DNA of 64,000 nt from Chloroflexota bacterium (GCA_027623195.1 JAQBUT010000011.1:1-64000); one strand, 5' to 3'. Positions 41,614-52,379 are shown, numbered from the stretch's first letter. Notes: generated by a model from the letters alone, not told the origin. A program made the numbers and translations.

Positions 41614-43038
41614 GTGCAACAAGGTCAGAGACTGGTTGTCGTTTCTAATAGGGTTCCCCCTGCTTCTGCGGTCACTCCTCAAGACGGCAACGGCTCGGCT
41701 CCCGTAGGTGGCCTGGTTAGCGCCATCAAGCCCACAATGGAAAAGTATGGCGGGCTTTGGCTGGGATGGAGCGGAAGGAGCACGCAGCGTCGGGGTGGCT
41801 ACGAGCCCACCGTATCCGACCTCGGCCCCGTTCAGTTGGCCACGCTGGACTTTGCGGAAGAAGAGGCCAGTATGTATTACATAGGCTATTCCAACCGCAC
41901 GCTTTGGCCCCTACTTCACAGCTTCCCAGGCCGCGTGGTTATACGCCATGACACATACAGGTTCTACCGTCGGATCAATCGGCGATTCGCTGAGGCACTT
42001 TTCTCCGTCTTAAAGCCAGGAGATCAGGTCTGGGTACACGATTTTCACCTATTCCACCTGGGGTTTGAGTTGCGGCAACTAGGTTGGACTGGCAGCATAG
42101 GATTCTTCCTGCATGTCCCCTTCCCTGCGGCGGACATCTTCTCGATTTTGCCATGGTCCAAAGACACCCTGGAGGCCCTACTGCACTACGATCTCGTCGG
42201 AGTTCATACGGATAGGTACCTGCGTAACTTGCATGATGCCTTGGACTCGGAGCTAGGTGGCTCAGTTGACAGCAGCGGCGTCTACTCGTACGGAGCCCTA
42301 TCGTCCAAGCTAGGCGTGTATAGCATTGGCATAGATCCGTCCGTTTTTCAGGAGAAAACGATGCTCGGCAGTCGTAGCCTGACGGAGGAGCTCTCGTTAA
42401 ATCTGAACCCGAGTCATCGCCTGATAATAGGCGTGGACAGGTTGGACTATACCAAAGGCATACCACACCGACTGCGTGCCTTCGAGCGTATGCTGGAGCA
42501 ACATTCAAATTTGCGCGGTAAGGTTATATACGTCCAGATATCTTCGCCCTCCCGCACACGCGTGCCAGAGTACATACAGGAGAAGGAGCAGGTGGAGCGT
42601 CTGGTGGGTCAGATTAATGGCAGGTTCTCTGAAGCCAACTGGGTGCCCATCAGGTACCTTTATCGGTCCTATCCCCAAAACGTGCTTGCCCGCTTTTACC
42701 ACGACGCTGACGTGGCAATGGTGACTCCCCTTAGGGATGGGATGAACCTCGTAGCCAAGGAGTTCGTCGCGGCGCAGGGGGAGGAAAATCCGGGCGTCCT
42801 GGTTTTGTCTCAGTTCTCGGGGGCTGCCACTTCATTGGTTGATGCAGTTATTGTGAATCCATACGACGTGGACGGCATGGCGGAGGCTACCTACCGCGCT
42901 TTACGAATGCCTTTGGCAGAACGTCTGGCCCGATCCAAGAGCCTGATGAAGGACGTTTTCACGGATACTGCCGCCTCGTGGAGTGAATCCTTTTTGGATG
43001 ACCTTAAGCTGAATTCCAGGCGGGCACCTGTCAATTAA
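41614..43038 (+). CDS. otsA: Trehalose-6-phosphate synthase (GT20)
   Basis: VVSNRVP, GGLV, WVHDFHL, FFLHVPFP, DRLDYTKG, DGMNLVAKEF. Confidence 0.93.
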   Translation: MQQGQRLVVVSNRVPPASAVTPQDGNGSAPVGGLVSAIKPTMEKYGGLWLGWSGRSTQRRGGYEPTVSDLGPVQLATLDFAEEEASMYYIGYSNRTLWPLLHSFPGRVVIRHDTYRFYRRINRRFAEALFSVLKPGDQVWVHDFHLFHLGFELRQLGWTGSIGFFLHVPFPAADIFSILPWSKDTLEALLHYDLVGVHTDRYLRNLHDALDSELGGSVDSSGVYSYGALSSKLGVYSIGIDPSVFQEKTMLGSRSLTEELSLNLNPSHRLIIGVDRLDYTKGIPHRLRAFERMLEQHSNLRGKVIYVQISSPSRTRVPEYIQEKEQVERLVGQINGRFSEANWVPIRYLYRSYPQNVLARFYHDADVAMVTPLRDGMNLVAKEFVAAQGEENPGVLVLSQFSGAATSLVDAVIVNPYDVDGMAEATYRALRMPLAERLARSKSLMKDVFTDTAASWSESFLDDLKLNSRRAPVN

Positions 43039-43121
43039 ACCTGCCTAAAGCCGATGAGGCCAGATGAGGTTTGCCCGAGACCTGAAGATTATCGTAATCA
43101 TTTCGGGCGGCGAGAGCCTCA

Positions 43122-44036
43122 TCACTCCAGCGTAACTGTCCCGTTAGCTGCATTTATCACCAGCTCTGCCTCTCCCAATCCTATGATGCCCGAGAAGTTT
43201 TTGTCGTCCGCTGTGCCTGCCGCCAGGGCGAGGCTGCTGACTGCGCTGCCGTTTGTGGCCGACGCCAGAACCCTCAGACTGGGGTCGCCGTCTAGCTTCA
43301 CCACTACGTTGCCGTTGGATGTGAGGAAGCCGTTCTTGCCGCCAGGCGTAAGCTCCCCCTGAAAGTAAATGGTGCCGCTTCTCGTTGCCAGTTCGAAGGC
43401 GCCCTTGCCGCGCTCCACCCTCACTGTGCCGTTGGTGGTTTCCAGGGAGGCATTGCCTATCATAGAGTCGATGCTAATTCCCCCGTTGGTAGTGCCGCCG
43501 TTGAAATTGCCGCTGACGTCCTCCAAGGTGATTCCTCCATTGGAGGTTACCAGGTTGCCTGAGGCCTGCATGCCCGAAATTTCCACGTCTCCGTCATTAG
43601 TAATGAGGTCTATAAACGTGGTGCTTGGCGCGGTGATAATAATATCTGCGCTGGGGATATTTAACTTGGCCAGGTTACGAAGCCCAGGATGCTGTTTCGC
43701 AGCGATGATAATGGTGTCGCCTTCCCGCCTGACTTCGTACTCCAGCTTTTCCGGGTTTTGAATCGAGGACTGGACTACGATGACGCCGGGTGGACCGGCG
43801 CGCACATCCACGCGTCCGCCGTCACTCTCAACCAGCAGCTTTGGAGACGATCCAACACTGAAAGTGTCGTCGTGTATTGCGCCCTGTGCGGAACTCGGCG
43901 TGCAAGCGCCAACAAGCAGCGCCAACATCAGGAAGACTATGGTGGACAAGCGGCGAGGCAGGCCCCCCCAGATCGTAGGGCCTCCGTTGGCAGCCAAAAT
44001 TTTGGTCCACATTCGCCCCATTAGAGGCTCCTTCAA
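43122..44036 (-). CDS. DUF4097 family beta-strand repeat lipoprotein
   Basis: Lipobox LVGAC; repeated T.NG.I/V motifs; start uncertain. Confidence 0.8.
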   Translation of the reverse strand: MKEPLMGRMWTKILAANGGPTIWGGLPRRLSTIVFLMLALLVGACTPSSAQGAIHDDTFSVGSSPKLLVESDGGRVDVRAGPPGVIVVQSSIQNPEKLEYEVRREGDTIIIAAKQHPGLRNLAKLNIPSADIIITAPSTTFIDLITNDGDVEISGMQASGNLVTSNGGITLEDVSGNFNGGTTNGGISIDSMIGNASLETTNGTVRVERGKGAFELATRSGTIYFQGELTPGGKNGFLTSNGNVVVKLDGDPSLRVLASATNGSAVSSLALAAGTADDKNFSGIIGLGEAELVINAANGTVTLE

Positions 44037-44434
44037 CCTGAAGAACTTAGACCCGCCACGGAAACATATTCCAAAACATCAATCAGGTATTACCTATATA
44101 AACTATAGCGTACGCATGTAGTGTTTTCTGTTAGAAAAGCGTGCCTTTTGTGTTTGCGAGTCGATTGACGCTGGCTGCGGGTGCTGCAATCGGCGAAAAC
44201 ATCGGGTTTACGAGAACATAAATCTCCATAGGATTTCCGTAATCTAATTGGTTGGACACCACGGGCTTCGTAAGGGGGTAGATTACTGCTTTTCGCGCTT
44301 CTGTGACGCCATGTGGACTATTTGGCCGTGCTGCTTTGATTGGCGGCGGCAATGGTCGGTTTATTCCAAGAGCGTAGGGATTCATTGGGCATTAACTCAA
44401 ATTAGAAATTACGAAACGTATTTGGAGGCGAGAG

Positions 44435-45685
44435 ATGTTGGGTTCAAAGGAAATTACAGTCTACGAGGAGGTAAATGTCTTCTTCGATCGCGCTGCTGAG
44501 CGTCTTGGGCTGGAAGACGGCGTGAGGGAGATGCTGCGTAGGCCGTGGAGAGAGCTTCAGGTTTCGGTGCCCATCAGAACCGACGAAGGCGATATCAAAG
44601 TCTACACAGGGTATCGCGTGCAACATAACGGAGCGCGCGGTCCATACAAGGGCGGAGTGCGGTACCACCCGCTGGCGGACCAGGAAGAGGTCAGAGCACT
44701 GGCGTCGCTAATGACGTGGAAGAATGCGCTGGTGGACATTCCATTTGGCGGCGCCAAGGGGGGTATCCAGTGTGATCCACGGACCATGAGCGAGGGAGAA
44801 TTGAATCGTCTTACCCGACGCTACACCCTGCAGATAGAGCACCTGCTGGGGGTGAACCGGGATATTCCCGCGCCGGACCTGGGAACTAATTCTCAGACTA
44901 TGGCCTGGATGATGGACACCTACGGCCAGGTACACGGCTACACGCCTGGTGTAGTAACGGGGAAGCCCGTAGAGCTTGGGGGCTCTGTAGGGCGGGATTC
45001 GGCTACCGGCCGAGGCGCAGTCTATGTGCTGCGGGAGGCCGCCAAAGACCTTGGGATTTCGCCGGATGGGGCTCGAATCGTAGTGCAGGGCTTCGGGCAG
45101 GTCGGGTCGTGGACGGTACGGCTGTTGGGGGAAATGGGCTGCAAGGTTATTGGCGTAAGTGATGTAGATGGCGGCATATACAATCCTAATGGAATTGATG
45201 TGAACGCGCTGGTGCAGCACAAGGAATCTTGCCGTACGGTATCTACCTTTCCAAATGGTGACCGCGTTACAAATGAGGAATTGCTGGAGTTGGATTGCGA
45301 GTTCCTGGTGCCGGCTGCTATCGACAAGGTCATTCACCGGGACAATGCACCCAAGGTAAGGGCCAGGGTCGTTGTGGAGGCCGCTAACCACCCTTTAACG
45401 CCGGAGGCGGATGAAATATTGAATGCCGCAGGGGTCACAGTGATTCCAGATATACTGGCCAATGCCGGTGGCGTTATCGTCTCCTATTTCGAATGGACCC
45501 AGAACTTCTACCAGCACCAGTGGGACATGGAAAGAGTTAATGACGAACTAAATAAGATCATGACTCGCGCATACATAGCGGTGAAGGAAAAGGCCGCATC
45601 CGAGCGAATTACCTTGCGAGAAGCCGCCTTCTTGATTGGCGTTGGGCGAGTCGCCAAGGTAGCAAAAATGCGGGGCTTTATCTAA
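44435..45685 (+). CDS. gdhA: Glu/Leu/Phe/Val dehydrogenase (glutamate dehydrogenase)
   Basis: RGPYKGG.R, PFGGAKGG, DIPAPD, QGFGQVG, PDILANAGGV. Confidence 0.93.
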   Translation: MLGSKEITVYEEVNVFFDRAAERLGLEDGVREMLRRPWRELQVSVPIRTDEGDIKVYTGYRVQHNGARGPYKGGVRYHPLADQEEVRALASLMTWKNALVDIPFGGAKGGIQCDPRTMSEGELNRLTRRYTLQIEHLLGVNRDIPAPDLGTNSQTMAWMMDTYGQVHGYTPGVVTGKPVELGGSVGRDSATGRGAVYVLREAAKDLGISPDGARIVVQGFGQVGSWTVRLLGEMGCKVIGVSDVDGGIYNPNGIDVNALVQHKESCRTVSTFPNGDRVTNEELLELDCEFLVPAAIDKVIHRDNAPKVRARVVVEAANHPLTPEADEILNAAGVTVIPDILANAGGVIVSYFEWTQNFYQHQWDMERVNDELNKIMTRAYIAVKEKAASERITLREAAFLIGVGRVAKVAKMRGFI

Positions 45686-45795
45686 CACGTCGGCATGATA
45701 GTCTTGACCCGAAACGTCTCAAGGGGGTAGCCTTGGCTTAAAATTTGTCTTTTCGTTTTACGCCAGCCCCAACACTCGCCTGAAGGAGAGCATCC

Positions 45796-46845
45796 TTGGA
45801 GTTCGGGTCATTCGTCGAGTTTCACCGCCGGGAGGGCAGCAGCTTTGCCGACGCATTTCAGGAGTCATTTGATCACATTGAGCAGGCCGAAAGCCTGGGT
45901 CTAGACGGGGTCTGGCTATCCGAGTCTCACTTCAACCCCGGCAGGTCTGTGCTATCTTCGCCGCACTCCATAGCGGCTGCTATTGCGGCCCGGACTAAAA
46001 GACTCAAGATAGGCACTGCCGTAAGCATTCTCCCTTTGGGCAATCCGCTCAGGATGGCTGAAGAGACCGCAACCATCGACCAGATTAGCCAGGGTAGGTT
46101 CCAATTCGGAGTCGGTAGGAGCGGCCTTCCAGGTTCTTATGAAGGCTACGGCATGTCGTATGCTGAGAGCCGGGAACGATTTTTCGAATACCTGGAAATT
46201 ATCGTGAAGGCTTGGACCCAAGAGCGTTTCTCCCACCAGGGCAACTACTTTTCGTACAACGACGTTTGCCTGGTGCCCAAGCCGCTTCAGTCTCCACATC
46301 CTCCGGTACGTATCGCTGCAACCACATCGGACACCTTCCCTATTATCGCCAAGATGGGCTTCCCAATCTTCATTGGCGTTCGAAGCCTCGGTTTGGACGC
46401 GGTGGCAGAGCAGGTGGCTGATTACAAACAGGCCTGGAAGGACGCGGGACATCCCGGGCCAGTGGATATTTCGATTCGGATACCAGTCTACGTTGCCGAT
46501 ACCAAGGAGCATGCCATCGCTGAGGCTGAGGATAGCTTTATGCGACAGTTCAGGCGCCTTGGTGGCCAGCTCTCCGCTTCTGCCACGAGGGTAGGTTCGG
46601 TCGCCTCGGAGGCCCGGTCCGAGCGTGGCCAGCAGTTGGCAGACCTGACGTGGCAAAACGTAATGGGCAGTAAAGCACTGGTTGGCACCTCGGAAATGGT
46701 TATCGAACAGCTTCACCATTTGAAAGAGACCCTTCATTTTAGTGGTGTTGTTGCCGAGCTTAACGCCGGCGAACTAATTCCCAGGGAGAAAATAGCCAGG
46801 TCTCTTCGCCTGTTTTGTGAGGAGGTTGCTCCCGCTTTTTCTTAG
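45796..46845 (+). CDS. LLM class flavin-dependent oxidoreductase (luciferase-like)
   Basis: AESLGLDGVWLSESHF, PLRMAEE.ATID, GVGR, PKPLQSPHPP. Confidence 0.92.
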   Translation: MEFGSFVEFHRREGSSFADAFQESFDHIEQAESLGLDGVWLSESHFNPGRSVLSSPHSIAAAIAARTKRLKIGTAVSILPLGNPLRMAEETATIDQISQGRFQFGVGRSGLPGSYEGYGMSYAESRERFFEYLEIIVKAWTQERFSHQGNYFSYNDVCLVPKPLQSPHPPVRIAATTSDTFPIIAKMGFPIFIGVRSLGLDAVAEQVADYKQAWKDAGHPGPVDISIRIPVYVADTKEHAIAEAEDSFMRQFRRLGGQLSASATRVGSVASEARSERGQQLADLTWQNVMGSKALVGTSEMVIEQLHHLKETLHFSGVVAELNAGELIPREKIARSLRLFCEEVAPAFS

Positions 46846-46887
46846 CAAGAGGCATAAGATCTGGCACCATATTCATGCAAAGGGGAT

Positions 46888-47724
46888 TTGCGAATGCTTT
46901 CATCGGCCATAACGGACGCCTACACACCGCGAGAGATCGCGGACAAGGTCCGGGCGCTGGGCGTAGCCAAGGCCAGAGGCGACGCGTTAACGATACTGGT
47001 TCTGAGCGTGTTGGCGGGCGCTTTCATCAGCCTGGGGGCAGTGTTCTTTATGGTCGTGGTGACCGGCACTTCCCTGGGCTTTGGGGCGACGAGGCTCCTG
47101 GGAGGCCTGGCATTTAGTCTCGGGCTGGTCCTCGTCGTCGTTGCCGGGGCAGAACTTTTCACAGGGAACAACCTGGTGTCCATGGCGTGGGCGTCGCGGC
47201 TTATTACTTTTCCGGAGCTACTTCGGAACTGGGTTTTAGTGTACGTCGGAAACGTGGCCGGTTGCATAGGTACGGTGGTCTTAGTGCTAGCCGCAGGCGT
47301 GGATGGTTTCGGCGGCGGCGCGGTCGGAGAAACGGCCAAGGCAATTGGCGAAAGCAAGGCTATGCTGGACCCGCTGCAGGCCTTCGCCCTTGGCGTTTTA
47401 TGCAATGCCCTGGTATGCCTTGCGGTATGGCTGACGCTAGGCGGCAGGACGGTTACAGACAAGATCCTGGCTATTATCTTCCCCATCACGGCCTTTGTTA
47501 CCATAGGGTTTGAACATTCCATAGCCAACTGGTTCTTCCTGCCCTACGCGATTGCACTGGACGGCTTTCAGTCTGGCTATCTGGTGACCGGGGCCGTGGT
47601 GAATCTCGTCGCCGTCACGTTAGGCAATGTCTTGGGTGGCACGCTGCTGGTGGCAGGCGTCTACTGGTTGGCATACCTTCGAAACGATCGCGCGGCCAAC
47701 ACCTCGAATACCGGGCAGTCGTGA
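46888..47724 (+). CDS. Formate/nitrite transporter (FNT) family
   Basis: LAGAFI, GAELFTGN, LCNALVCLAVW, GFEHSIAN, GNVLGG. Confidence 0.93.
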   Translation: MRMLSSAITDAYTPREIADKVRALGVAKARGDALTILVLSVLAGAFISLGAVFFMVVVTGTSLGFGATRLLGGLAFSLGLVLVVVAGAELFTGNNLVSMAWASRLITFPELLRNWVLVYVGNVAGCIGTVVLVLAAGVDGFGGGAVGETAKAIGESKAMLDPLQAFALGVLCNALVCLAVWLTLGGRTVTDKILAIIFPITAFVTIGFEHSIANWFFLPYAIALDGFQSGYLVTGAVVNLVAVTLGNVLGGTLLVAGVYWLAYLRNDRAANTSNTGQS

Positions 47725-47847
47725 GCAGGCGTCTTATAGCGATTTGGGCCTGTTTCCCTGTATTGCCTGATGCAGCGGGTTGTGGTGCTTGGTGCTATAA
47801 TTTACGTTGTAATAATAGGACTTGAAACAAGGTCATTTGGCCTTTAA

Positions 47848-49092
47848 GTGAAAATATTGGCAGACGCGAATGTAGCGGTATTAATTGACTTCGAAAACGT
47901 GGGCCTGGATGCTATCCAGTACCTGCTGGATCAGCTTTCTGACGTTGGTCGCATAATCATCAAGAGGGCTTACGGGGACTGGTCGGTACAGCGAGGCAAG
48001 CAAGAGCAGCTCATCGAGCAAGGCATCGAAGCTGTGCACCAGTACCGGTCTAACAGGTCGGGCAAGAACTCCAGCGACATACGCCTAACTATTGAAGCCA
48101 TCGATCTATTCCATACCTCCCCTATCGACACCTTTGTAATCGTGTCATCCGACAGCGACTTTGTTCCCCTGGTGGGCAAATTACGCTCTTCAGGCAAGAC
48201 TGTTATAGGCTCAGGCCGAAGAGAGGCCACTTCCTCCACACTGATTCGCAGTTGCGACAGGTACATCTTTCTTGACGATGTCACGAAGCGACGCCCACCT
48301 GTGGTGGCGCAGCCCGCCCGTAGGCGTAACGCTGCGGCTGCTTTTAGGCCGACCGATAGCGACGATACATCGTCCGTTTCGAATTCGGGTGAGACATCTC
48401 TGGTAATGCGTGCCTACGAGGCCTCCATGGACGACCTTGGATATGTTGCAGGGTCCAAGCTGTACCAGACAATGCGGCGCATAGACCCTGGATTTGACTA
48501 CAGAGTGCTGGGGTTCCGAACGTTCATACAGTTCTTGGAAGCCAGCAGTGAAATTGAAATTAACCGTCCTCAAAATGGCGGAGATGTTCAGGTCGCAACA
48601 AAACAGGGGAGGGACCAGGCCGGGTCTCCTTCTCCAGATCCTCAAGAACAGCCAGAATCTAATGGACAGCGGGGCCCGCAGCGACGAGGTCGAGGGCAAC
48701 GACAGCCCCTCCCAATAGAAACCTCACCTGTTGTTGAGGAACAGGCAGTTCCCCCTGCGTCCGTGTCTGAACAGGTGCCCCCTCCCGCAATGATAGAGGA
48801 GGAGACGGCTCCTGTTGAACCAGACGAGGAAGAGAGGCCTGTAGTCGTCCCAACGAATGGTGCCTCTTATGGGTCATCGGGCCTGAACTGGGAGCGCGAA
48901 GTAGATGCTGCGTGGACTAGACGTCAACGCAATACCATTTCGGGAAGAGCAGCAGCCACGGACGCTGCCAAGGCCCTGAAGGTGGATAAGCTAAGCTCAT
49001 CACAGTTCCCTTCACTGGACAAGCTTCTTGGAGCCAGTAAACTACTGCAACTCAATTGGCGACGCGAGGGGAATACCATTGTTAAGAAATAG
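47848..49092 (+). CDS. NYN (LabA/DUF88) domain protein with OST-HTH/LOTUS domain
   Basis: LIDFEN, KRAYGDW, GKNSSDI, SSDSDF, CDRYIF; DPGFDYRVLGFRTF. Confidence 0.9.
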   Translation: MKILADANVAVLIDFENVGLDAIQYLLDQLSDVGRIIIKRAYGDWSVQRGKQEQLIEQGIEAVHQYRSNRSGKNSSDIRLTIEAIDLFHTSPIDTFVIVSSDSDFVPLVGKLRSSGKTVIGSGRREATSSTLIRSCDRYIFLDDVTKRRPPVVAQPARRRNAAAAFRPTDSDDTSSVSNSGETSLVMRAYEASMDDLGYVAGSKLYQTMRRIDPGFDYRVLGFRTFIQFLEASSEIEINRPQNGGDVQVATKQGRDQAGSPSPDPQEQPESNGQRGPQRRGRGQRQPLPIETSPVVEEQAVPPASVSEQVPPPAMIEEETAPVEPDEEERPVVVPTNGASYGSSGLNWEREVDAAWTRRQRNTISGRAAATDAAKALKVDKLSSSQFPSLDKLLGASKLLQLNWRREGNTIVKK

Positions 49093-49132
49093 CGCTGGAT
49101 TCGGCCTGGCAACTTAGTTCGTGAATTGGCAT

Positions 49133-49197
49133 GTGGTTCGACAAGCTCACCGTGAACGTGGCAAAGAAAAATCGTTCGCTCTGAGTCTGTCTAAAGG
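49133..49197. repeat. REP-like inverted pair (TTCGACAAGCTCA family)
   Basis: GTGGTTCGACAAGCTCACCGTGAACG followed by a degenerate inverted copy; related copy at 61995. Confidence 0.7.
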
Positions 49198-49321
49198 CAG
49201 GCCGCGCTTTTGTGCGTAGCCGCCGAGTATCACCTTCTTCGGAAGTTAGGACGAATCGGTTTATCTATAGCCTGAACCTGTAGGCCTGGACATTCGACCA
49301 AGGGAACTGTGAGTCCTGACG

Positions 49322-50086
49322 ATGCTTCTTGCGCTAGACATAGGGAATACCAATATCACCCTGGGAATTTTCCAGGGTGATAATATTCACGCGACCTGGC
49401 GGGTGGCCACAGACGCCTCCAAGATGCCGGACGAGTACGGGATTCTCTTGAACCAACTGCTCGGTCTTAAGGGCATGGACTCATCGAATGTGGATGCTGT
49501 GGCGGTCTGTAGCGTAGTTCCACCTCTGACACCCGTATTCCTAGAGCTCTGCAGGACTTATTTCAAAATCGAACCGCTGGTAGTTGGCGCGGGAACCAAG
49601 ACTGGCATTCGAATACTCTACGATAATCCCAGGGACGTTGGCGCTGACAGAATTGTAGACGCAGCAGCAGCACTCAAAATGTATGGTGGTCCCGTTATCG
49701 TTGTCGACATGGGCACCGCGACCGTATTCGACGCTGTTACGGGGGATGGGAATTACCTGGGCGGAGCCATTGCCCCTGGTATGGCCATTGCCGCCGATGC
49801 CTTATTTCACACGACTTCCCAGTTGAGGCGCGTTGAGTTGGTAAGCCCAGGTGTGGCCATTGGCAAGAACACGGTCCACGCAATTCAGTCGGGGCTGGTG
49901 CTGGGATACGCCGAGCTGGTCAAAGGCATGGTAGGCAGGTTCGACCGAGAGCTGGGCGGTGGCGCCAAGGTCGTGGCAACCGGAGGCCTCGCCCCTGTTG
50001 TGGCACAGGAGGCAGGCGTATTCGACGCTGTTGACCCCGACCTTACGCTCACTGGCCTTCGTTTGATTCACGAGATGAATTCTTAA
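49322..50086 (+). CDS. coaX: Type III pantothenate kinase
   Basis: LDIGNTN, SVVP, VGADR, VDMGTAT, GGAIAPG, ATGG. Confidence 0.96.
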   Translation: MLLALDIGNTNITLGIFQGDNIHATWRVATDASKMPDEYGILLNQLLGLKGMDSSNVDAVAVCSVVPPLTPVFLELCRTYFKIEPLVVGAGTKTGIRILYDNPRDVGADRIVDAAAALKMYGGPVIVVDMGTATVFDAVTGDGNYLGGAIAPGMAIAADALFHTTSQLRRVELVSPGVAIGKNTVHAIQSGLVLGYAELVKGMVGRFDRELGGGAKVVATGGLAPVVAQEAGVFDAVDPDLTLTGLRLIHEMNS

Positions 50087-50158
50087 TTGGCGGCTCATTC
50101 ACACCTTCATGTTGACCCCGTGGCAATGTCAGTAAGCGGATGCAAGGATATCTAAGAA

Positions 50159-51358
50159 ATGCCTAACCCTCTGGAAAATAGGCACATTGCCCTTGGCGTG
50201 ACGGGAAGCATTGCCTGCTACAAGTCCGTCGATTTGGCCAGCAAACTCACACAGGCCGGCGCGCTGGTAGACGTACTAATGACACCCGAGGCGACCAAGT
50301 TCCTTGCGCCGTTAACCTTTCGAAGCATTACACACCGGCCCGTTATCACCGATATATTCGCTCCGGAATCGGAGCTTAGTATTAACCACGTGGCCGTAGC
50401 GGAGCGGGCTGACGTAGTGATAGTTGCCCCTGCTACGGCGAACACTATCGCCAAGCTGGCTCACGGTTTAGCGGACGATCCCGTCACGACTACTGTCCTG
50501 GCTACCCGAGCGCCGGTCATCGTCGCTCCGGCTATGGATGCCAATATGTACGAAAATGCAGCAACTCAGCAAAACGTGGCCGCACTGCAGGGCCGAGGTT
50601 ACATAATCGCCGGGCCTGCCTCCGGTAGATTGGCATCGGGACTTATTGGACTGGGCCGAATGCTGGAAACACCTGACCTTCTTGGCTGCATCAAGGTCGT
50701 GCTCGGGCGTGACGGGGACCTTGCCAATCGAAAGGTTGTGGTCAGCGCTGGGGGTACGCAGGAGCCTATCGACCCGGTACGTGTTATTGCCAACCACTCA
50801 ACGGGCAAGATGGGATACGCATTGGCCGAGGCCGCCCGAGATCGGGGCGCCGACGTATCGCTGGTCACCACGCCCACTGCTCTGGAAGACCCCTATGGCG
50901 TCAACGTCATCAAGGTGCGTACTGCTTTGGAGATGCGTAGTGCCCTGCTTCATCAGTGCTCCAACGCCGACGCGCTAATTATGGCCGCGGCGGTGGCGGA
51001 TTGGCGTCCCACAGAGACTGCAGACCACAAGCTGAAAAAGGGTGATTCCGATACCTGGAGCATCGACCTGGTTAAAAACCCCGACATCCTCGCGGAGATT
51101 TCCGGAGAAGGTCTGATTAAAGTCGGATTCGCTGCCGAGAGCGAAGACCTCATAGCTAATGCTCAGTCCAAGCTTGTGAGCAAAGGACTGCACCTCATAG
51201 TTGCCAATAACATCACGGCACCCGATAGTGGTTTCGGAACGGATACAAACAGGGTTACCCTAGTGGATAGGGAAGGCCGGACCACTGAGTTGCCTCTGCT
51301 AACCAAGTACGAGGTAGGCCACGAGATTTTGGATAGAGTCGCAAAGGTCCTGGCGTAG
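50159..51358 (+). CDS. coaBC: Bifunctional PPC decarboxylase / PPC ligase
   Basis: GVTGSIACYK, APATAN, PAM, GGTQEPIDPVR, STGKMG, GFAAES. Confidence 0.96.
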   Translation: MPNPLENRHIALGVTGSIACYKSVDLASKLTQAGALVDVLMTPEATKFLAPLTFRSITHRPVITDIFAPESELSINHVAVAERADVVIVAPATANTIAKLAHGLADDPVTTTVLATRAPVIVAPAMDANMYENAATQQNVAALQGRGYIIAGPASGRLASGLIGLGRMLETPDLLGCIKVVLGRDGDLANRKVVVSAGGTQEPIDPVRVIANHSTGKMGYALAEAARDRGADVSLVTTPTALEDPYGVNVIKVRTALEMRSALLHQCSNADALIMAAAVADWRPTETADHKLKKGDSDTWSIDLVKNPDILAEISGEGLIKVGFAAESEDLIANAQSKLVSKGLHLIVANNITAPDSGFGTDTNRVTLVDREGRTTELPLLTKYEVGHEILDRVAKVLA

Positions 51359-51385
51359 CCCTTAAAACCGGCTGGAGGCGTCGCG

Positions 51386-51763
51386 GTGACCTTGCAAAAT
51401 ATATTCAAAACCATATCGGAACGCCTTCAGACTACCGCCACCGTTAAGACAGTTTATGGCGATCCCATTATTGCCGAGGGCAAAACGATCATCCCGGTTG
51501 CCAGGGTGCGCTTCGGATTCGGCGCAGGGTTTGGCGAGGGGGAGGCAGGCGACGAAGGCACCGTTGCCCGCCCAGCAGGTGGAAAAGGCGGTGGTGGCGG
51601 CGGAGGGGTTGAAGTCCGCCCCGTCGGCTTCATTGAGATAACACCGGGAGAGACGCGCTTCGTCTCCATTGAGGGACACCAGAAGGCCACACGTTGGGCT
51701 ATTATGGGTCTACTGGCAGGGTTCTTTTTGTTCAGGCGACGGCGCAGGCGAAAAGGGTCATAA
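51386..51763 (+). CDS. YtfJ/GerW-like protein
   Basis: VKTVYGDPI..EGKTIIPVA..FGFGAG, GGGGGG..V.PVG. Confidence 0.85.
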   Translation: MTLQNIFKTISERLQTTATVKTVYGDPIIAEGKTIIPVARVRFGFGAGFGEGEAGDEGTVARPAGGKGGGGGGGVEVRPVGFIEITPGETRFVSIEGHQKATRWAIMGLLAGFFLFRRRRRRKGS

Positions 51764-51833
51764 AGAACTATTTAATGGAATGCATTCACTGAAACGGTTA
51801 CAATTTGACGGGGTAACTCAACTGGAGGGGACG

Positions 51834-52019
51834 ATGCCGATAGTACGAATCGAGATGTGGCCCGGCAGAAGCCACGCACAGAAGGCGGAGCTGGCCAGGG
51901 TAATCACGGACGCAATGGTCAACATTACCCAGACGACCCCTGACTCCACCATAATTGTCTTTGAGGACATTCCCAAGGACAATTGGGCTCAGAACGGCAT
52001 GCTCGCGTCCGACAAGTAA
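51834..52019 (+). CDS. 4-oxalocrotonate tautomerase family protein
   Basis: Pro-1 start MPIVRIEMWPGRS..QK; SD GGAGG; true start ATG 51834. Confidence 0.92.
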   Translation: MPIVRIEMWPGRSHAQKAELARVITDAMVNITQTTPDSTIIVFEDIPKDNWAQNGMLASDK

Positions 52020-52039
52020 TCGCGCTGGACGCAATGGTC

Positions 52040-52069
52040 TTGACAGGCCTGGCGAATCGCACTTATAGT
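52040..52069 (+). promoter_or_regulatory. Promoter of the T-box/trp operon
   Basis: TTGACA-18 nt-TATAGT. Confidence 0.7.
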
Positions 52070-52089
52070 AAATTCAATTAACAAAAAAA

Positions 52090-52379
52090 GGCTACGAACA
52101 GGACTAGTAGGTCTCCAGCGAAGCTCAGAGAGCCGGGTAAGGTGTGAGCCGGCGCTAAGCGCAGGGACTGAATGGACCTGGGAGCTGCCGCCCGAAGGTC
52201 TGCCTCAAGCGGACTGTAGGCGTGGACGGAAGGGCACCGTTACTGAAGCCCAGGGTATCGAGCCAGAACGATTGGCTCCGTGCCCGAACAAGAGGTCATT
52301 CGAGCTGGAAGCGGCTTTGGATGGCGAATTAGGGTGGCACCACGGTTAGAACCCGTCCCTTGCTAGGGCGGGTTTTTTT
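52090..52379 (+). ncRNA. T-box riboswitch (Trp specifier)
   Basis: AGTA, AGAGA and GGTGTGA stem I motifs; GAA-TGG specifier (52173-52175); T-box AATTAGGGTGGCACCACGG (52327-52345); terminator plus T7. Confidence 0.93.
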
